Source of the DNA: the human T2T-CHM13v2.0 reference genome, Homo sapiens
NCBI RefSeq assembly: GCF_009914755.1
Contig: NC_060933.1
Length of the DNA stretch: 64,000 nucleotides
Strand: one strand, 5' to 3'
Positions within the stretch are counted from its first letter, which is position 1; every line of letters starts with the position of its first letter. Positions 53,480-64,000 of the stretch are shown piece by piece. The position numbers and the translations under genes are program-made. The notes under the pieces were generated by a model that was given only the letters and a program-made list of their open reading frames with translations, searched no databases and had not been told where the DNA came from.

Positions 53480-54490
53480 TTGCTGTATTCAACATTTCCA
53501 GAGCATCTGTGTGGCAGGCATTAAGAAGACACTCCTCTGACATCCTTTCTCCCTTTCCTTCTTTTAGTAATAAAACCTCTTCTCACCTGTAATAGATAGA
53601 ACAAAGCACACCCCCCCAAATATATCCATGTCCTAATGCCAGAAACCTGTGGATATGTTACCTTGCATGGCAAAAGGGACTCTGCATATGTGACTAAGAA
53701 TTTTGAGATGGGGAGATTATCCTAGACCCAGATAGGTTTGATGTAATCACAAGGGTTCTTATACGTGGGAGGCTAGAAATCAGAGTGAATAGCAAGAGAT
53801 GTGACAACAGAATCAAGAAGCTTGAGTGATGCAAGGAAGGGGCCATGTGCCAAGGAATGCAGGTGACCTCGAGAAGTTGAAAAAAGCAAGGAAATGAATT
53901 CTCCCTTCAGAGCCTCCAGAAGGAATCAGTCCTGACAAGCTTTTGACCTTAGCAAGACTCATTTTGGACTCCAGACCTCCAGAACTATAAGATAATAAAT
54001 TTGTGTAGTTTTAAGCTATAAGTTTGTGGTAAATTTTTATAGCACCAATAGAAAACTAATATGCCACACCATTATCTAGCTAGAGATTAAATGTAACCAG
54101 CTTCCTTTGCAGCTAGGTATGACTATGTGACAAATTTCTGAAATGGGATTGAAAAGAAGTGACATGTACAACTTCTAGGCCATCTTCAGCTTTAGGACAA
54201 GTTGCTTGCTCTGGATTTCTGCAATTTTTTTCCCTCTTTTCCCCTTCTGGTGAGCTAAAACACAAATGTGGCAGGGACCCTATTGCAACTACTTCAATGA
54301 GGGCAAATCCTATAGCACGATGGGACAACAAGAGTTAAGGAACTCAGATCCCTGAATGACCTTGTGGAGCAGAGATGTCTGGACCAGCCATAATGTTGAC
54401 TGAGGGAGAAATAAGTGTTCAACTTACTGAAGCCGCTGTATTTTTGAGCCTCTTTTTTACAGCAGCTTACATGTAACCCAAACATACTGA
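53480..54490 (+). mobile_element. MLT1D (~53588-54062) nested in older MLT1 (I/J-like)
   Basis: agaaacctgtggatatgttaccttgcatggcaaaagggact...cctccagaactataagataataaat; host ends gagaaataagtgttc...ttacagcagctta. Confidence 0.75.
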
Positions 54491-55224
54491 CTAAAGGAAG
54501 TCCCAATTTAGCTGGACAAACACAGAAACAGATCTTTACACTATTATAGGATGAATGCTTTGATACAGAGATGGGCAAGGTGCTCTGTGGGCACAGAAGT
54601 CTCTTGTGATGCAACTGAAAGAATTCCAGATTGGGACCTGGGACCTCAGATGGCCATCCACTCAAGCTATGCCCTCAGCCTCAACTTCCCCTGCCTTACA
54701 GGCCCATAAAACAACAGTGGTAGCACTAAAGATGAAATAATCTTTTCACATAGCCAAGAAGACTACTGCACTATTTGGAGCCCAACTGCACTACCGTTGC
54801 CCAAGTCTTACCATCTGCAGCAGTTATTTTCAGCTCAAGAAGATAGGTCTGGGCCACTTGCACGCCTCCAGACCCAGGCTCTTGACCAAAGGGAGGTGTC
54901 TGGCAAACTGCACACTGGCCAGCCCCCAGACAGCTGAAGGCTTGATCCAGACAGCAATCAAGTCAAAAGCGAAGAGCCCTGGTCATTGGCTTTTCACATA
55001 TTAATAACTGGAGGATACCTGAGACAGGTTTACAACATCTTATAGGCATTCAAGCAGTTTTGCTGATTTTTCAGAATTTTTTTTCTGGTCCTCATGGTGG
55101 TTATTGGCTATGTATTCTCTCTTTAGATCTTGTTCATTTTCAGCCAATTGTGCCTGCTCTGCCAAAAAACTTTTGAGAAATGAACCAAAAATACCTAAGA
55201 GCAGAGTTTGGAAAATGGCCCTTA

Positions 55225-55770
55225 GATAAGTCAAATCATGTCATTTCCCTGCTCAAAGTCCTCAAATGTCCCATGGCCAGAAATCCCTATGGGATCATCC
55301 CTTCTCTGTCTCACACTTGACCCTGCCCCACTCCATCACTCTGCTCCAGTCCTACGGGCCCTCTTATTGTTCTCAAACTCCTCAAGTACACTAGCCTCAG
55401 GGCCTGCAGTGGCTCTCCCTCCAGCCTCGACCTTCACAGGGCTCTCTCTCTCTCCTCCCATCCAATCTCTGCTCCAGCACCATCTCAGAGAGGCCTTCTC
55501 TGGACACCAGTTTCAAACAGAAATCACTCACCCGTAAATATTAGGGCCTGACTGTCCTTTGTTTTTGTTTTTTTTCCTAGTGCCATCACCACTTAACATG
55601 TTACCTACCTAGCTAGCTATCTAAGATGTATTTATTTTTGCATTGTCTGTCTCCTTTATCAGCACGCAAGCTCTCTGGACGGAACTCTCGTTTTGTTCAT
55701 TGATGTACCCTCCCTCAACCCCCACTGTCTACAACCTATAATAAATGGTTAATATTTGTTGACTAAATGA
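55225..55770 (+). mobile_element. L2 3' region
   Basis: aagtcaaatcatgtcatttccctgctcaaa...cctcagggcct...tcagagaggccttc...attgtctgtctcc. Confidence 0.75.
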
Positions 55771-57196
55771 AGAGTGCACCAGAATTACCAATACATGGAA
55801 ATCCAGTACTGGGGAGTACTGATTTTTCTTTTTGCCAACTCATTATTTTGGACCTAATTTTCACCTTGATCATATTGTTTTCATCCTGCTTTAGAACAAT
55901 TTGTTTTCAGCCAAAACAACTAGAACTATCCTGGGGACACTACCAACCACTGCCAGCTCTAACCACTGGCACCCTAACCGCTTATTTACTTAGAAAGCAA
56001 GTCTAATTTCCCAAACATATAGAATGCGCCCCAACGCGGTGGCACCTTTCCTGCGAGGTGCTTCGCTGGAAAGCCTGCCCCTGCTGGCAGCTGGCAGAAT
56101 CTTGAGGTTGGTAATACAGGAGACCAGCAAGGCTGTAATTAGCACTTGACAAGCACTTTATGTCCCGCAATTTAAATGTCTATGGCATTGTAATTCAGTT
56201 CCTAGTTGAGGCAAACATGATACTAACCTCATCTGGAAAACGGGATGAAATGAAATGTCTCCTCACATTTATGGCCTCCTAATTAGTGCATACGGGGAGG
56301 TGAAGCTCCCCAGCCATCCCACCTCCAAATTTTCAGAGTGCTTTCTCTTTCACATCCTCCTAAAATTCATGCCAGTGACTGAGCCTGCACCCATGGGCTC
56401 CAATACATGTTGACTGAGTACCTACTGCAGGGAAGACTGATAATTTCCTATGGTTGTTTCTATGTAAGGTTTCTATACAGTTGGGAATGAATGACTGTCT
56501 ATGATGGTCTTAAGGACAGTTCTTGACTTCAAGGTGTTTATGGTCCACCTGCCTGCAGAAATAATTCTGAAATGCAAATCATTTGTATGGAAGAGGCTGA
56601 AAAAGCATTTAATAAAATTCAGCCCTCATTTCTGATTTTGAACAAAGCCCTCTTAGCAAATGGGAAAGAGGATACCTCCAGGACATGACAAAGTCTGCTG
56701 CAAATAGCCAGTACCCCAAGCAGTAGGCAAACAGCAATCATTCCATCAAACTCAGGATGTAGACAAGAATGTGGATGCTCATGACTTCTGCCCAGTCCAG
56801 TCCCCAAAGATGACGACAATTCAATCCATGGACAAAGAGGCAAGATTAAAATATTGGAAAGGACAAGGCAGAAGTATTGCTACTTGCATACAATATGACT
56901 GTCTTCCTGGAAAAACTCAAGGAAACCTGTGAGAAACCACAGGACCAATGAGAATGCTCTATAAGGCAGCTGACTAGGAAAGTGATATTCACAAATCCAA
57001 GTTTTCTCCACACCAGCAATAGTTAATTAGAAAATACCTGTGGAGAAGAGAAGCCACTATAATAGCAAAAGAATATCACTCACAATAGTGACAAAGATTA
57101 AAACACTGAGTAATTAACTTAATGAAACAAGTAGAATTTCTATGAAAAGGGCTGTAATGATTGGAGCTGCTCAAGAATATTTGTTGAATGGATGGG

Positions 57197-57752
57197 ATAG
57201 CCTTCAGGACACACTATCCCCAAATCTGGCACCTTGGCATTTGAGAAAACAGCAGTACCAGGAAGGCCATTCTCACCTTCCTCACACCCTTCTCCCCTGG
57301 AGCAGGTCATAAAACCTAGGGAAGTCACTCTTTGAGCTTCTCCCGCCCTTTTCTCTTGAAGCAAGTCAGAAGACCCTCATGGAGAGGTGCCCTCTGTATA
57401 CCAAGGGGAAAGGAACATCCTTATCTCTGAAGACACAGGAGCACAGAGGGGAATCTGAACAAACAGGCCTTGGCAAATTCCTCCCAGTTTATTACCATTA
57501 GATCACACTCTCTTTGTCCAATCAACTATCTCCACAACTATCCACTTTTTCATCAAACCTAAGCATAAAAATACACAAGTTTACCTGCATCTTTGGGCCT
57601 TTGTTTCCTTATGAAGGCTCCTGTGTCATGTAAAACTTATATTAAATACCTTTGTATATTTCCTCTTTTCTCTTTAATCTATCTTTTGTTATAGGGGCCT
57701 AAGCCATGAACCTAGCAATGAGTGAGGGAAAAAACATCTTTTCTTGTCCTAC
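57197..57752 (+). mobile_element. ERV1 LTR (MER39-like)
   Basis: ggcaccttggcatttgagaaaacagcag...aacatccttatctctgaagacacagg...gaaggctcctgtgtcatgtaaaacttatattaaata...cctaca. Confidence 0.8.
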
Positions 57753-57835
57753 AAATGAACAACTACGATTTTCTTCCAGAGGCATATGAAACAGGTAAGA
57801 ATAAAAGAAAAGATGTACCTTACTTCTGAATGTGA

Positions 57836-58239
<404 letters not shown>

Positions 58240-58614
58240 TCTATTATTATTTTTAGAACTCAACAAAATGGTTCTAAAGTTCTAGCATAAGAATAAACAG
58301 GTGAGAACAGTTAAGACAATCCTTGCAAAGAGAAGGTTCATCATGGAGGAGACTTCCCTTATGAGATATTAAAGTATAATATAAACGTAAGGTGACTTAA
58401 ATACCGGGACACTGACCCAGAAAGCATCAGACATACCTATGGAATAGAAGTTCAGAAACAGACTAACTATATATAATGTGTCATTTCAAGTAAGCAGAGA
58501 AATGAGTCATTCAACAAATGGTATTGGAGCACTGGATTAACCATTTGGAGAAATATGTATCATTAGAAGTTTACTTTATAAAAAATAGATTAACATAGTA
58601 AAGAGTTAAATATT

Positions 58615-59228
58615 ACTGTTGGTGGGACTGTAAACTAGTTCAACCATTGTGGAAGTCAGTGCGGCGACTCCTCAGGGATCTAGAACTAGAAATACCATTT
58701 GACCCAGCCATCCCATTACTGGGTATATACCCAAAGGACTATAAATCATGCTGCTATAAAGACACATGCACACGTATGTTTATTGCGGCATTATTCACAA
58801 TAGCAAAGACTTGGAACCAACCCAAATGTCCAACAACGATAGACTGGATTAAGAAAATGTGGCACATATACACCATGGAATACTATGCAGCCATAAAAAA
58901 TGATGAGTTCATGTCCTTTGTAGGGACATGGATGAAATTGGAAATCATCATTCTCAGTAAACTATCGCAAGAACAAACAACCAAACACCGCATATTCTCA
59001 CTCATAGGTGGGAATTGAACAATGAGATCACATGGACACAGGAAGGGGAATATCACACTCTGGGGACTGTGGTGGGGTGGGGGGAGGGGGAGGGATAGCA
59101 TTGGGAGATATAACTAATGCTAGATGACGAGTTGGTGCAGCGTACCAGCATGGCACATGTATACATATGTAACTAACCTGCACAATGTGCACATGTACCC
59201 TAAAACTTAAAGTATAATAAAAAAAAAA
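58615..59228 (+). mobile_element. 5'-truncated young L1 (L1PA2-type)
   Basis: Nearly intact ORF2 C-terminus (ORF 58647..59018); 3'UTR has GAG (gatgacgag) and cttaAagtat, i.e. not L1HS-Ta; poly(A). Confidence 0.95.
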
Positions 59229-59406
59229 TTAAAAAAATATTTGTGAAGACATAATTAAGACTACTATAAAATATTTTACCATGACAACTAAATGAATAAT
59301 TACAACCTAAAAATTATTTTTTATAAAATCAGCTCATATTTTTCCATCTCCTTATGTCACCAATTCCTCTTTTTGATCAAATAAATTCAAGAAAACAATA
59401 AAAAAA
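59229..59406 (+). other. Putative L1 3'-transduced sequence with own poly(A) signal
   Basis: Lies between L1 poly(A) and second A tract; AATAAA 59380-59385; enclosed by TSD aaagagttaaatatt (58600-58614, 59407-59421). Confidence 0.8.
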
Positions 59407-59576
59407 AAAGAGTTAAATATTTAAAAATCAAACCATTACTGTAACCAAAAGGAGATATAAGTGGGTTATTTATAAAGCCATGGAGTATTTGCAGGACTTT
59501 CTAAGCATGACACCAAAAGCAGAAACCACAAAGATATAAATCCAGCTATGTGAAGATGTTTAAAACCCCTACATTG

Positions 59577-60316
<740 letters not shown>

Positions 60317-60744
60317 TGATTTTACCAATCTTAATACATAAAGCAGTTTCACAAATCAGCAAGAAAGAGCTACTCATATTTTAAAAAATAAGCAAGAGAT
60401 ACAAGTCAATTCACTAAAAATGAAAGGCTCATTAAACATTTAAATACATTCAACCTTTCTGATAAACAAAGAAATGCAAAGTGAAAGTTTATCAACTGCC
60501 CAATTGACAGAGCTTTTGATTTTGTTTTGTTTGTTTGTTTCAGAAATAATTCTCAGTCCTGTGCTCTGGGAAAGGGTCTACACACCCACTGCTGTCCAAG
60601 GACAGCTTGGCAGGAAGTACAGTGTCAGATTCCAGTGCAGGTCCTGCGGTGGGCTCAGGGGGCTTCATCCCCTCTATGCCACTGCCCAGCTCTGAGGTCT
60701 TGGGGAAGTTACTAAACCTCTCTCTTTCCCCCCTCCACCTCCCC

Positions 60745-61036
60745 CGAGACGGAGTCTTGCTCTATCGCCTAGGCTAGAGTGCAATGGCGCGATCTCAGCT
60801 CACTGAAACCTCCACCTCCCAGATTCAATCGATTCTCCTGTCTCAACCTCCCAAGTACCTGAGATTACAGGCATGGGCCGCCATGTCCAGCTAATTTTTC
60901 TATTTTTAGTAGAGACCGGGTTTCACCATGTTGGTCAGGCTGGTCAGGCTGGTCTCAAACTCCTGACCTCAAATGATCTGCCCACCTCGGCCTCCCAAAG
61001 TGCTGGGATTACAGCTGTGAGCCATTGCGCCCGGCC
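60745..61036 (-). mobile_element. AluS inserted in a MIR (~60680-61170)
   Basis: TSD aagttactaaac(c/t)tctct; MIR continues ctctgagcctc...ggaataataacagctcctacc. Confidence 0.92.
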
Positions 61037-61361
61037 CAAGTTACTAAACTTCTCTGAGCCTCTGATGTTTTATCTTGAAGGAGGAATAATAACAGCTCCT
61101 ACCTACGCTATGAAAATTAAACGAGATCATGCATGTAAAAGCCCATAGTAAGCTCTCTACAAATGTCCGAGATGACTACGTGTTAAAATACTTAAATTTT
61201 GCATCCCCTCTGGCCCAGCCAATGCTAGATTCTAAGAAACTAATCATGGAGATGCGCATCTATTTTGTTTCCGGGCTGAATGCGGCACCCTTGTTTAGAA
61301 GAGAAAAAAAAACCCAACAACTAGAAACAACCTGCATGTTCGACAACAGAAAATTAATCCA

Positions 61362-62030
<669 letters not shown>

Positions 62031-62554
62031 TCTTTTTTAAAATGCAAACTCTCCAAATATGAAAATAGGAGTTTATTGTTAGGATGATTTTTCAGAAGAT
62101 GCAAATGTCCTTGTAAGTATGCATTTCCCTTCCCAGCTGGGAAAGGTCCAACCATCAGTGGTGACGGATTCCATTGGCATGATATTGGCTATAATCCAAA
62201 GTCCAACCGAAACTGCTCATGATACCCAATGATATCTATCAATTCCTTGGTATATTCTGGAAAGGGGGCTTGTGATTCCAAGATAATGTATCTATCCTAA
62301 AACATCAAAACCAAATATTGTGTGATACTCTACTGTAACATTTCCCAAAAGCAGAGTGAAAGCAACATCTATGGTAGAGACAAACTTTACCCCGTCCAAA
62401 GCTTCTCTTATTACGGATCTGTATTTCGTCAGCGCAATGGACTCTGCTTGAATTCCCTGCCTCAAGGATGGAATTCTGGGCTTTCCTCAAGGCCAGCTGC
62501 TGCATCACCACCTCCTCCCAAAACTGCCCTGATCAAGGTAGAATGAGGCATTGA

Positions 62555-63110
62555 TGTGATGGTTAATATTGAGTGTCAACTTGATTGGATTAAAGGATGC
62601 AAAGTATCATTCCTGGGTGTGTCTGTGAGGGTGTTGCCAAAGGAGATTAACATTTGAGTCAGTGAACTAGGAGATGCAGATCCACCCTCAATCTGGGTGG
62701 GCACCATCTAATCAGCTGCCAGCACAGCTGGGATAAAAGCAGGCAGAGGAAAATGGAAGGACTAGACTGGCTGAGTCTTCTGGCCTCCATCTGTCTCCCG
62801 TGCCGGATGATTCCTGCCCTAGAACATCAGACTCCCAAGTTTTTCAGCTTTTGGACTTTGGGAACTACACCAGTGGTTTGGCAGGGGCTCTCAGGCCTTC
62901 GGCCACAGACTGAAAGCTGCACTGTTGGTTTCCCTACTTTTGAGGTTTGGGGACACAGACTAGCTTCCTTGCTCCTCAGCTTGCAGACGGCCTATTGTGG
63001 GACTTCACCTTGTGATCATGTGAGTCAATAGTCCTTAATAAACCCCCCTTCATATATACATCTATCCTATTAGTCCTGAACCCTCTAGAGTTCCCTAGAG
63101 AATTCTAATA
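62555..63110 (+). mobile_element. HERV-L solo LTR (MLT2A1-like)
   Basis: tgtgatggttaatattgagtgtcaacttgattggat...gggtgggcaccatctaatcagctgccagc...ccttaataaac...tatcctattag. Confidence 0.9.
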
Positions 63111-63274
63111 TACTTGTTGAATGAATAAGGGCATGAATGATGCTTCAAGCCCTCAGTGCACACCTTCTGATTTAAATTATGAATTATTTCTTTCAGATGT
63201 CTATCTCCCCACTAGAATATCAGCTCCAAATGGGCAGGTCTTCTGTTTCTGCATTCTTGGATCTCTTCGTCCCA

Positions 63275-64000
<726 letters not shown>

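Noticed and set aside
56073-56092. CTCF-like ctgcccctgctggc
   Set aside because: One G short of the CCAGCAGGGGGC core, so spacing breaks the motif
58647-59018. 123-aa ORF as a host gene
   Set aside because: It is the L1 ORF2 C-terminus of a 5'-truncated L1PA2, with no promoter or upstream ORF2
62140-62546. Protein-like short frames in unique sequence
   Set aside because: No recognisable homology and no convincing pair of splice sites

Overview
Primate (hominid-like) nuclear DNA: 21 Alu copies (J/S/Y types), a young L1PA2-type insert, and many older L1M, L2, L3, MIR, MaLR/ERVL/ERV1 LTR and DNA-transposon relics, separated by short unique stretches. I can support no protein-coding gene, RNA gene or CRISPR array. 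The only ORFs I can assign are repeat-derived, so the window looks intronic or intergenic. The most notable structures are: an L1PA2 insertion carrying a ~170-bp 3' transduction inside a perfect 15-bp TSD (58600-59421); a decayed but nearly complete ERVL (LTR16/ERV3-16A3-type) provirus with gag/pro/RT/IN/dUTPase remnants and an extra tandem 3' LTR (39344-45888); a Tc2/Kanga-type transposon with a POGK-like transposase fossil (50055-50855); two unexplained diverged direct repeats; a three-armed Alu; an MLT2A1 LTR with a perfect DUX4 motif; and a few candidate exons and enhancers. Repeat subfamily names come from recalled consensus sequences, not a database run, and boundaries of old repeats are approximate. 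I found no convincing evidence of a wholly new biological system.
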